Both the position numbers and the translations under genes were made by a program. A stretch of DNA of 64,000 nucleotides from Trichoplax sp. H2 (taxonomy: Eukaryota), in contig NOWV01000013.1 of NCBI GenBank assembly GCA_003344405.1, positions 806,001-870,000 of the forward strand, in the 5' to 3' direction. Below are positions 38,828 to 51,538 of this stretch, one piece after another. Each line of letters opens with the position of its first letter. Position 1 is the first letter of the stretch. The notes under the pieces were generated by a model. That model worked only from the letters and a program-made list of their open reading frames with translations. It was not told where the DNA came from and did not search any database.

Positions 38828-39559
38828 CTTGACAATCTTCTCCACTCACTACTTTATTCTACACCGACTAATTTTACCTATTAACCAGGATAAAATAGAT
38901 GAAAGTCGATTAAAAAGCGAACCAAATTATTTCTCTCCTGCCATGCCAAGATGATTTCATCGTTGAATGAGCCAGACTGGACGAGAATGGATGATTTTCT
39001 AGCGTTGCTATATGCTATCCTAAGCTGCTAAGCTATCATACGATACAGTATGGATTGAAGAGTATCCTTTGCGATATTCTACTCGTTGTATGCAGTCCTC
39101 TATGACGGACGGACGGAAACCCCCACGACCGCTGCTTCAGCCAGCTGGACCGACTCTGTCCGTCCGTTGTTATCGACTATATGGTGTATCATACGGTAGT
39201 CCGATCGATTAGAGTACAGTATAGGATGGTCAAATGTTTACATTAGATTTGACTCACGCTTAGACGATAGGGTCTCAAAATAGAGATCAGAATACACCAA
39301 TTATACTCGATTCGATCGCTCCTTACGGTTTATTATAGCGATCGACGATTGTTTACAAAAACAATGGTGTTCTCGTCCGGCAAGTTTCGGCGTATCCGCA
39401 CGTCACCCTACAAGAGATTGTTTACCACGGATACGGACGGAAGGATATGGACGGAATGTCCTCGGTAGCCATGACTAAAAATATTTAATGACGCAATGCC
39501 GGCAAAATATTTTTACTAGCAGTGGGAGGTTTATCCTGAGTAGGGATGATATCAAGGAG

Positions 39560-40890
39560 GTTGGAAATATCGCCTGGGTGATGATATGAATGGACTTGGA
39601 TTGTGTTTTATTGTACAATGTTGGTAAATATCCTTACAAGGGACGATGTAGAAGTTGGAAATGTCGGCTGAATGATGATAAGAAATGTACAATATTTTTC
39701 AAAACAGGATGTCAGTATCGTTGGATATGTCAGCTCAGAAATGATATGAATGTGCTTGGACAGTAATTCTACTCCACAATGATGATGAGAAATGTACAAT
39801 ATTTTTCAAAACAGGATAGCAGTATCGTTGGATATGTCAGCTCAGAAATGATATGAATGTGCTTGGACAGTAATTCTACTCCACAATGATGATGAGAAAC
39901 GTACAATATTTTTCAAAACAGAAAAGCCGTATCGTTGGATATGTCAGCTCAGAAATGATATGAATGTGCTTGGATAGTAATTCTACTCCACAATGATGAT
40001 GAGAAATGTACAATATTTTTCAAAACAGAATAGCAGTATCATTGGATATATCAGCTCAGAAATGATATGAATGCGCTTGGATAGTAATTCTACTCTACAA
40101 TAATAATAATGTAGAATATTTTTACAAGGATGTTATCAGTATCGTTGGATATATCAGCTCAGAAATGATATGAATGGGCTTGGACAGTAATTCTACTCTA
40201 CAACGATGATAAGAAATGTAGAATATTTTTCAAAAGAGGATAGCAGTATCGTTGGATATATCAGCTCAGTAATGATATGAATGTGCTTGGATAATATTTT
40301 ATTATACATAATACATATTATGTTATCGTCTCAGTAATAATATGAATATACTTGGATAGTATTTTATTACACATTGCTGGTGAACATTCTTACAAGGGCT
40401 GATATAGAAGTGGAGTGGAAAATGTCGGCTGCGTGATGATAGGGATATGCTTGGATAGTGATTCTACTATGCAATCATGTTATAATTCTGCTTGTAATAA
40501 TAATTATATACAGTAATATAGAATATCTTTACAAGGATGATATCAATGTGGTCGGATATATCAGCTCAGTACTAATACGAATGTACTTAGATAATATTTT
40601 ATGGCACAATGTTATCGGCTCAGTGAGGATATGAATGCACTTGGATAGTATTTTATCACACAATGCTGGTAAACATCCTTACAAATGATGATATAGAAAT
40701 GGAGTTGGAAATGTCGACTGAGTGATGATAGGAATATGCTTGGATAGTAATTCTACCATACAATACTAATATTTATATAATATAAAATACTTTTGGCAAG
40801 GGTGATATCAATGTGCTTACAAGTGATGATATCAAGGAGATTGAAAATATCAGCTCTGTAATGACAGGAGTATACTTGGATAATAATGCA
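39560..40890. repeat. 107-bp tandem array upstream of ATG9 (about 6 conserved copies plus degenerate flanking copies)
   Basis: GTATC(G/A)TTGGATAT(G/A)TCAGCTCAG at 39715, 39822, 39929, 40036, 40139 and 40246, decaying towards 40.9 kb. Confidence 0.95.
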
Positions 40891-41692
40891 CAAGGGTGTA
40901 ACAATTTCAGCTAATGTATGTTGAAATGCATTTTATTTTGTTATGCTTAACGATTGAATCAAAGCAGACATGCAGAAATGGCCCAAAGGACGGACGACAG
41001 GGATAAAATCGACAAATAGTATGGTATAATGGTGCAACAGGTTTAGAATTGCGAGTACATTAGGGATATCCAGCTATTTCATGTTATTAATATCTACACT
41101 TCGCCAAGCGTGGATGATATACCCTGCTACTGCAGTCTAGTCTGGTGTTAAAATTCAGCTTATTCCACGATTGTATTCATTAATTAATCTTCTAACTTAT
41201 AGTTAGAAATGCGGTTAAAAGAATTCGTCTTCTAAAAGTCTATTACACTGGAAAATACAAAATCAAAACTGAACACACAGCGTACAGTATTATACTTGTA
41301 GTATGATAAGCATAAGGCATACGAATAGTAGCAGTAAAAAGACTCAGATCTATAATTCCTTATTTTTATTTTTCAATATTCTGTTCAACTGATATATTCA
41401 TTAAAGATGCAATAAACGTAAAGTATTCTTACAAAAGCCTTATATATGATAATTTCATTTACGCTTATACTGTAATTATTTCCAAAACATTCTCGTAATA
41501 AGTTGAGCGTCTTTATGCAAAGGCTTGATTTTAAAAACATCTTCCCTAGAGAAAGCAACTAAAAAAATAGCTTATCAATATAGGTACTATTATACAAGGA
41601 TCAACACTTTTATTGATAGGATAGAAAAATAGGACAATTTTTAACATTCAGTTTTAGGTATGAATGTTCTGTTGAGTCAATATTACGTAGAA

Positions 41693-44600
41693 TTATATTC
41701 TTGTCACTCGAAGGTGGAGATCTGGATTTGGCCTCATGGTTAGTCGCATTTTACGAATAATTTTCACCTCTGGTACAAGCGAGAATGACAATTTGTTAAG
41801 TAATATTGCTAGTACAGTTTTCATTTCAGCTAGGGCAAATTTATTTCCAATGCATGTTCTAGGCCCCGCTAGAAATGGCACATAGCTGTATTTATCCGTA
41901 TAGTTGGAATCTTCCCAGCGGTCAGGATTAAATTGTAACGGGTCGGGGAAATAATCCGGCAATCTGTGGTTATGAATTAATCATCACAAATATAGGATAC
42001 GTCAATGTATGTATAAAATCAAACATAGCAGCTATTTTTAACATCATCACAACGCTTTCGAAAGGAACAAGTCACAATCTATAACAGCTAATGATACGCA
42101 TACCTGTGAGGTGGTACAATAGTAATTACTGTTCCCTTAGGTATATCATATTTATCAATCTTATCATCATTGATTGCCACACGAAATGTCATAGGTGCAG
42201 GAGAGAATAATCTTCAATAGATTATAGAGAGAGAAAAATAATTTCAGTATCGATTATATTTCAAGCCTTTCAATTTTTGCAATTAGACAAACTAATCCTT
42301 TAATTAACAAACGATGAATAAACCTAAGAGATTCTTTAATGACGTTTTCAAGATATGGTAATTTTTCTAGAACATCCAATGTTATCAAATGATGTTCCTC
42401 TAATACCATCCTAATTTCTCTGCGTACTTTCTCCTGCACATCTGGATTACTGGCTAATGCATACAATGTCCACGTCATAGAAACACTTGTTGTCTACAAT
42501 CAAAATGTATCACAGAAATTAAAGATGGCAGAAAATTGACTCAACTACGATTAGGCAGATCTTTTAGCTGAAAAATTACGTTTCCAATTTGTTGTATGAT
42601 ATCATAACAAAACCTTACTTCATGACCGGTAAAGAGAAAAGTCATAATTTGATCATGTAATTCCTGTTGGGTTACACACGGGTTTAAATTTTCATCTCTT
42701 AATGACAACATAATGTCTAAAATGCTTTTATGTTCAGTATTAACTTCTTCTGCAAATAAAATAGTATTTCGTGATAAAGTTACTGTGCATCTCTACAGAT
42801 TGTAGAAGAGGATCAATACGTTGAAGAATTATTTCGTGTACAGAGAGAAGTGCTTACCTGTATTTAATTCTTGTAATTTTTTAGCAATAACTGTATCAAC
42901 AACATCATGACAGCGTTTAAGAGACTTTGCAAAATTGACATTCCGCGCTATCGGAATATTTCTTATGATAGGAATCATGCTCATAAATCTAATGTTGCAT
43001 AGCCGATAAATTAGTTTCACTTTTTAAGTTGATGGAGAAAAGGGTGTATCGGTATATACCTGGCACATTATATTATCGGTTGCAGTTTTAGCAGTGCTGT
43101 ATAGTTGATTATGTTGTATTTCTAATGTAGCATATACTTACGATAGTTCACTACCAGTTATTATAGTCCGGAAACTTTCAGAGATATCATTACCCTTATC
43201 TTCTAGGGAGTTACATTGGAAATCAAAGATGCCTTTGCATGTGATATCTAACGTTAGCCTAGTTAAATCTTTTAGTATATCTATCTCCACTACATTATTT
43301 TTGACTTCTTCGAACCATAATGAGGCTAGTAGATCTCCATAATGTTGAAACATAGGAACTAGCGCTAAAAATATGAATAATCAAACTGGTGTCATAGTCT
43401 TATGTTATTTGCTTGCTACAGGGCAATAAAGAACAATATGCTATGGATAAAAAAACTTGTACTAAAGTAGCTTAGATACGAAGTTAAAGTTTGTAGGCGC
43501 TGGTCCTACTATTTAATATATATCTATTTCATACCTTTAATTTTGGAATATTTAAAAATAGGATTAAGAACTTTTCGTTGCTCTGTGTGAGTCTTTCCTT
43601 CAGAAGACGTTACACCGTTGCCGAATAAAGGCTTAATAAGCCTAAATGAAATCAGTATTAAAGTATAAATAAACTGCTACATTAACAACATTACCAAAAC
43701 ACGGTATATAAATAGATCAAAAACAATGTCATTGGCAGGTTACACAAATATAATACGTCTAACAACAAGTTCTATTTTACATCAGATATCTTATCCATTC
43801 CGTACCTTAAGATATAGGCAGGCTTTTGATAATTTTCACTATTTGTTACTAAGACATGCTTAATTGCTTTTGGATCTAATATTGCAACACGATCTTCATT
43901 CAGCAAAGACTGATAGCAGAATATTTGTCCATAGGTAGCGCTCCATCTGTGATGATGGAAACAGTGCCATCTTAAATACTTAACTACTGTTTGGTGTGAG
44001 GGTATACGAATGCAGCATATTTATCCAATCATTAAAAAATCAGAAAAGCATATGCAATACTTCAATTAGTTTTTGGTAATATACTTACTCAAAGAATGGT
44101 TCTGCTGGTTCATTTTTCAGCAATGTTAGCATTTGACCTAGCGGTGACCAGGTAAACGGTCCCGGCATCTAGAAGTGTTTCATGAAAGCGTTATATTTAT
44201 AATATTTATATTGGTAAAATTAGTAGCTTTATGTACATCCCAAACATTATTGTCTCGTAGATGATTAGGTGCGTTAAAGAAAGGAAAATAAAAGTAAAAA
44301 TACGTACAATATCTATCAGATGTTACTGTATAATGTATATCGTAGAGTATGCTAAAGTTAACTGCCGCAGGTATAGTCTGCAGATACCATAGCTAAATTA
44401 GATGTTATCGATACACGTACATATCGTAGAACAGCAACTCTTTCATCATTTTCAATTTGCATAAGTTATTTAGTAGAAGATATAATTTGATGCTGATACT
44501 TGCATCGACGTGATTGATACATAGAGTAGAATGATAATTTTTTCATCATTTCCAATTTGCATAAGCGATTTACATGACATGATTTGATGCTATGGTACTA

Positions 44601-45287
44601 CATCTGCATTACAGTAGACCAGCAACCCTTTCATCCTTTTCAATTTGCATAACCTATTTAGTAGAAGACACAATTTGATGCTATATAATAGCGCATCTAC
44701 ATTGTCTATATACAGTAGAATAGCAACTCTCATCATTTCAACTTGTATCAGCTGTTTAGTAGAAGACATGATTTGATGCTATGATACTGTATCTACAGTA
44801 CGTTATTGATACACATATTCATTATTTCCAAATTGCATAAGCGATTTCCATGATCTGATGTTATGATACTGCATCTACATTATTGATACATATAACCTGT
44901 ACAGTAGAACATAAGCGATTTACAAGATATGATCTGATGTTATGATACTGCATCTACATTACTGATACACATAACCGTACAATAGAACAACAACTCTTTC
45001 ATTACTTTCAAATTGCATAAGCGATTTACAAGATAGGATCTGATGTTATGATACTGCATCTACATTATTAACACCTATCCCGTGCTGCAGAACAACAACT
45101 CGTTTATCATTTCCAATTTGCGTAAGCGATTTGTAAGATATGATTTGATGCTATAATACTGCATCTACATAGCACTTACTCTTCTTAAAGGAGACAATTT
45201 CTTCTTCACAAAATAGCGATAAATGAACCAGCAAAAGAATATCGTAAGTATCCATGACATTGCGCTCGTACTTGCTAGCCAACCCAT
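41693..45287 (-). CDS. Microsomal cytochrome P450 (clan 3/4-like; subfamily not assigned), multi-exon
   Basis: N-terminal anchor exon 45287-45180 ([26 protein letters not shown]...SPLRR) followed by MPGP; I-helix FLFTGHETTS; K-helix ESLR; FNPDRW; heme motif [11 protein letters not shown]. Confidence 0.95.
44400..45170. repeat. Degenerate tandem repeats of about 90-105 bp filling CYP intron 1
   Basis: Recurrent AATTTGCATAAGCGATTT...ATGAT(T/C)TGATG(C/T)TATGATACTGCATCTACATT, about 7-8 copies. Confidence 0.85.
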
Positions 45288-45622
45288 AACTTCACACAAG
45301 TTTTGCAGACTTTTTTCGGTAGAGGATAATTTGTGGATCTTGTTGTAGTAGTTTCTAATTATTCTTGCTGCAGTAGATTGAATAGAACCTCAGGAATTCC
45401 GTTAAGAAACATTATAATGACTTCATGATCCATCCAATGAGAGTCAGATCATGTTTTATGCCATCAGCTCCAGCTTGGCTCCTCTCAGCTTAGCAATCAC
45501 GAAATGTCTTGTCAAGCTGATTATACTACTCTACCGTACTACAGCTAACTTCAATTCTTACACTTGTAGATGCCGCCATCGTCTGATGTACTCTGTATGA
45601 GCCGCAATAATGAAATGGGTAC

Positions 45623-46320
45623 CAACCCTATCATGTCGCTTCGTATACTATTGCATAGCGCAAGAATACTACAAGAATGGAGTTGTCAATGCTCTATCTT
45701 CCGAATAGCAAAAGTCCACAGGGAAAAATCAAGGATTTAAGTATACATTGCTCTACGATTGCTGCATTTTTTTTCGAGCTCTAGTCATAGGCTTTAAGCT
45801 GTACGCGTCTATACTCTGATTGAATTCCACCCTTGTATTGCAACTGCATGCTAATAATTTAGTAGCCCTATACTTTCAGCTCCTACATTAGTTCGGCGGC
45901 AATGTAAAAATGGACCTCCGACAATTGTTTTACTCTTCTAGCAAGTATAGGATTGACAAGCAAATTGTACAACCCTATCATGTCGCTTCGTATACTATTG
46001 CATAGCGCAAGAATACTACGAGAATGGAGTTGTCAATGCTCTATCTTCCGAATAGCAAAAGTCCACAGGGGAAAATCAAGGATTTAAGTATACATTGCTC
46101 TACGATTGCTGCATTTTTTTCGAGCTCTAGTCATAGGCTTTAAGCTGTACGCGTCTATACTCTGATTGAATTCCATCCTTGTATTGCAATTGCATGCTAA
46201 TAATTTAGTAGCCCTATACTTTCAGCTCCTACATTAGTCTCCAACGGCAATGTAAAAATGGACCTCCGACAATTGTTTTACTCTTCTAGCAAGTATAGGA
46301 TTGACAAGCAAATTGTACAA
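45623..46320. repeat. About 347-bp tandem direct duplication upstream of the CYP gene
   Basis: CAACCCTATCATGTCGCTTCG...GGATTGACAAGCAAATTGTAC starts at 45623 and 45970, with only scattered substitutions and indels. Confidence 0.97.
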
Positions 46321-48119
46321 TTATGATACTAATAATGATATATACGAGTCTATGCTGTATTCAAAATTTAATTTAGTAGGTAATATTGGCAATGGATTGA
46401 TAACGTGTACACATGCAAGGGCGTTCAAGCTATCATGGTTCTGCTTACAACTAAAATTACAGCTAAATAATTTAAAGGAACACGATGATGTCTTGATTGA
46501 ATAAATTGCAGATAATTTAAGATATGATATACAGTATAATGTTCAGACAATATAGTATACCTGGTTTATAGTGCTTGCAATTGGCTTTATAGCCTAGCAA
46601 ATACACGTAGATCCACGAATATGCGTGCAATACATAGCAGGTAGAAATAATTTTGAAGAAAAACTACATTAAAATAACAGATTTTATGGTATATTTTTCC
46701 ATTCATTTGTCGTTTTTATTACTCTATTAAAACCTTTTCCTTAAAATGGCAAATTTAATGGAATATTAAAATACGACCAAAATTTGTTGCATTATTCCAT
46801 AGCAATCGATTTTACGACGTTACTAACAGCGATGGCAGGGTCACTTTTGTGGATTTAAAATTTTCAGTTATAGGATCAAGAGTAAATAATAGTATTATCT
46901 ATCATGCGTAGAGTAAAATTAATATGGAAAAGTTATTTGATAGCATATATAGAAATACAGAAACTTTCGTGTTTCAAATACATAACGTACCAACATGGTA
47001 AAATTTGGCTATTCAATATTGAATATACGAGAACAGTAGAGAATCTGTAAACACTATTTCAATATAAGATAGCAATAGAAAACTTTTTGTTATTGCTACA
47101 TACCACTAAATACTCTACAGCAGCAGAGAAACAGAGCGTAGATACTTGAATGCTATTTCAGAGTCAGGCAATAATGAATTAGTAAAAGAAGAGCTTTTTT
47201 AGTACAGTTACAGTATAACCTAAACTAATGACAATGCAAAACTACATTTTCAGTATCTTATGTCTATACCAACCAGTAGCAGAATTAGGATGTAAATATT
47301 GAAGCAAACGTAAATCTTTTAAGTAAGGCTAATGATAAGTTCATTGCTTCTGATGTAACTAGACTTTAGTTAATCTCATAGTCCAGAACTTTTACAAAAG
47401 GATACATAGAAATGTGATCAATTTCCGATTTAGCCAATAATTAATGACAGTGTACACAAACGCAACTACTCCTAACATTACATACAGCTTTATAAAAAAT
47501 ATTGACAGCTACCTCACGACACGAATTCATTACAATCTAATTATAAGAATTCTACTTTAACATACTTGATGGTACATATTCTACAGCAACAAGTTATAAT
47601 ACAATATCTGACTATCACGCTATCATTAATTAATTATCACTTTAATAAACAATTTAACCGTCATATGAGTCTATCTTATGATAAATTCAATCGCGATATC
47701 GGATATAAATTTGTAAAAAGTAAAATATATATGAGTCCACTTTATAGATGATCGAGATATTATCCCTTTTCACAGATTTGATAACTGTATTAAGTTACTC
47801 GTTATTAAAGTAGCTGTTCTTACGTAGATACTGCTTGCTATTTCTCTAGTAAATAGATTGATGAAGAATTTCGATATTCAAGACACGAACAGACTATAGT
47901 TTAAAATATCACTTTTATAATAACATCTTTGCGGCTATAGCATATGAAAACAACTTTATCGTTCAATATAACTCGTCATTTTGCAATAGAAATACCTATT
48001 AATAAAAGTAAGGTTCGACTAAACATCATGAAATCATTTCCTAATCGTTGTAATATATCGATTGAAACGAGTAAGACTTATCCTGTATACATTTATTGAA
48101 TTTGCTGCATAAAATTTGG

Positions 48120-49174
48120 CTATAAGTTATTTTCTGCAGGCAATGGGATAGTGAAAAATTGACTAAATAAGTAATCACTCCAGCTTGTAGGTAAAAGCGC
48201 TATCAATGCCATTAATTTCGATTCAAAACCAATCAGATAGTGATAGTCTGGTCTGGTCGATAGTAATGCATCGGCAACAGTTTCAGCAACCAAATTTAAA
48301 TCCGATGAAGCTTGCTGAACATAAATTCGAATATCCTCTAGTACTAAAAGATCAATAGTCAATGTTATGCATTATAATAATTGTAATTATATCACTACCG
48401 TCATGATAGTATGTTGAACTTACGTTTATTGACATATTCTTCACTATAAAATTTTTTAGTTTGATCGTCCAAGTTGTTGTATAACTGGAGAGTCTCTCTT
48501 TCAAGAGCACCACCACAAATCATATTGGTTCTAAAGTAGCCAGGCTCAACTGTATGCACTGTGACACCAAAATACTTCATTTCACGGCGTAAAGCATCGG
48601 AGAATGCCATTAAACCGTACTTGGAGATACTGTAAGCACTGCAACCAGCAGTGGATATACGACCTAGAATACTACCAATATTGACAATTCTACCGCGTGA
48701 TTTTTTAACCAGTGGTAAGAAAGCTGTTGTGATGGCTACTGAGCCGAACAAGTTGACTTCTGTTACTTTCTTATAACGTTCAATGGGTACCCATTCGATT
48801 AATCCACTGCCAGATACACCAGCATTATTGACAATACCCCATAAGCCTTGATCATCAGGCAATGTTTGCGTTACGATTTGAACAGCTCTTGCAATATCCT
48901 CTGCATTAGTGATATCCAGCATGAACGGATGAAGACGTTTGGTTGCTATTTTACGCAATCCATCGATGCCACGTTGAGTTAAGCATCCTGCAAATACATA
49001 ACATCCTAATTGGTCCAGTTTTAAAGCAGTAAGTCGGCCAAAACCAGAGTCACATCCAGTCACCAAGACAAACTTGTCAGTCGCTTGGATCTTGCCATTC
49101 GTTGAATAACGGAAGATTTTATAAGCTATAATAGCAGTGAGAAGGGCAATAAAAGTATACAATATGAATGTCAT
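48120..49174 (-). CDS. Short-chain dehydrogenase/reductase, SDR9C type (RDH16/HSD17B6/DHRS9-like); exons 49174-48424 and 48343-48120
   Basis: N-terminal TM segment, TGCDSGFG, GLWGIVNNAG, catalytic S...YSISK, EPGYFRT; one phase-1 GT-AG intron. Confidence 0.95.
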
Positions 49175-49939
49175 GATCGTCTTCGTAGATGTTGACTACA
49201 ATAGTGTGTCTCTACTATCGATAGTTCTACTTGAGGTTATGGACAGCTCCGTCGTCATTAATTAGAAACTGGGAATGCATGAACGTCTATTTTACGTCGT
49301 TTGAAGACGTCTTTTCTCTTTTGTGCCCCGACCTCGTCACTACCGATGGCAAGCTAATTCACCATTGGTTAGGATCCTTCACCGGCAATATTAATAAAGC
49401 AGTACACAAGATCGTGTGGTCAATCAAGATTAATAATCCAACCGTATTCGATAGTTGCTTATACCTATTGCTATCGTAAGCATGATGGGTTTAAAAGTTC
49501 GATAGTTGTACAACCTGCAGACAGTCTTCCTAGGGCAAGTTGATTGTGGATTAAAAGTTGGAGATCGGTGTGCAAAATCCACTGCTGCAAGCCTAGCAAT
49601 GATCTTGTAGCAGATTAAAGATGACAAACAAGCGTATTCAGTATTGAAGTACAACAGTAACTACACACCTTTCCTACGCTAATAAGCCATTTGTCAGGCT
49701 CATCAATGATACTAATGATTAATTAATTCATGAATAAGGGAGTAATAAGAAGCTCGAGCAATGGCAAGACTTCGATGATGGCAACGCGAAAGGTAGATCA
49801 AGATGGATGAAAAAACGAGAATTAATGCAACCCCCTAACTAGGCCACCGTCGCAGTCAGATAGCAAGTATGCTCACTACTGATAGAGCACTCTAATAGTC
49901 ATCATGCGATGTCTACAATTTCAATCAACTGAGTCGTGT

Positions 49940-51240
49940 CTAGCACAACATAGCGATTTCACTCACGTCCTTACTACAGATTGAAACACTTAGTAGTAGT
50001 AACGGACTGAGAGACTGACAGACTCATGGTCTCCATACTGAATCATGGCTTGAGTAAAGCTTGAATCATAGCGATGGACCGAATGACTGACAGACTCGTG
50101 GTCTCTATACTGAATACTGAATCAAAGTCCAGTAATCAATGACTTCACTCACTTACTTTCTACAGATTGAAACACTTAGTTGTGATGGACAGAGCGACGG
50201 ACTCTTGCTATCGGAGACTTTCGAATCATGCCTTGAGTAACTACAGTACATAGCGATGGACCGAATGACTGACAGACTCGTGGTCTCCATACTGATTAGT
50301 TGTGATGGACAGAGCGACGGACTCTTGCTATCGGAGACTTTCGAATCATGCCTTGAGTAACTACAGTACATAGCGATGGACCGAACGACTGACAGACTCG
50401 TGGTCTCCATACTGAATACTGAATCATAGTCCAGTAATCAATGATTTCCCTCACTTACTTTCTACAGATTGAAACACTTAGTTGTGATGGACAGAGCGAC
50501 GGACTCTTGCTATCGGAGACTTTCGAATCATGCCTTGAGTAACTACAGTACATAGCGATGGACCGAATGACTGACAGACTCGTGGTCTCCATACTGATTA
50601 GTTGTGATGGACAGAGCGACGGACTCTTGCTATCGGAGGCTTTCGAATCATGCCTTGAGTAACTACACTTACTACAGTACATAGCGATGGACCGAATGAC
50701 TGACAGACTCGTGGTCTCCATACTGAATCCTGAATCGTAGTCCAGTAATCAATGATTTCACTCACTTACTTTCTACAGATTGAAACACTTAGTTGTCGTG
50801 GACAGAGCGACGGACTCTTGCTATCGGAGACTTTCGAATCATGCCTTGAGTAACTACTGTCAAGCTTGAATCATAGCGATGGACCGAACGACTGACAGAC
50901 TCGTGACATCCATACTGAATTTGAATCATGAACGGGCGATGTATGATTTCACTCGCTCACTCGCTACGGATCGAAACACTTAGTTGTGATGGACAGAGTG
51001 ACGGACTCTTGACATCGATACTCAATCATTGTTTAGTGATTAGTGATTTCACTGCGGTCATAGACTGAAGATTGACTTATACTTAGTACAGGATGTAGTA
51101 GCGATGGACTGAGCGACTGACAGACTGGTGGCATCGATACTGAATCTAAATTATGAAATGGTGATGAATGGTTTCACTCGTTCGCTTACTGCAGATTGCA
51201 ACACTTAGCTGTAATGGAACCCGCGACTGACTGACTCGTG
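49940..51240. repeat. Hierarchical tandem array: 120-bp units inside a higher-order repeat of about 302 bp
   Basis: TAGTTGT(GAT/CGT)GGACAGAGCGACGGACTCTTG at 50177, 50297, 50479, 50599, 50790 and, degenerate, 50981. Confidence 0.95.
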
Positions 51241-51538
51241 ACCGCGAGCCAATGGCCCGGCTCGGTCCGGTCCGGTCCAGCCCATACTGGCCATAAGTCT
51301 ACAGTGTACAGTATGCTGTACTGTACTCAATACAGTACTTACTACTATGCTCCTTCCAGCGCATATTCTTGCCCCAAGTTACTATAGCAATTGCTAGAGA
51401 AGCAGCACAGATTTGGCAAAGCAATCCCAATCCAGTTGGAGTTACTTTTTAATTCAACACCATTCTAGTTTCAATCTTAGCCAAGTATTGCTCACTTTTA
51501 ACGGGCGATAGTATAGCTTTAGTTGGTGCCACGGCAAG

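Noticed and set aside
39700-40300. C/D-box snoRNA or hammerhead ribozyme array in the 107-bp repeat (ATGATGA motifs)
   Set aside because: No CTGA box D on the same strand within the conserved unit and no CUGANGA hammerhead core on either strand.
50153-50721. Repetitive ORFs METTSLSV...
   Set aside because: By-products of the 120-bp (multiple of 3) repeat; the 302-bp period breaks the frame and there is no protein signature.
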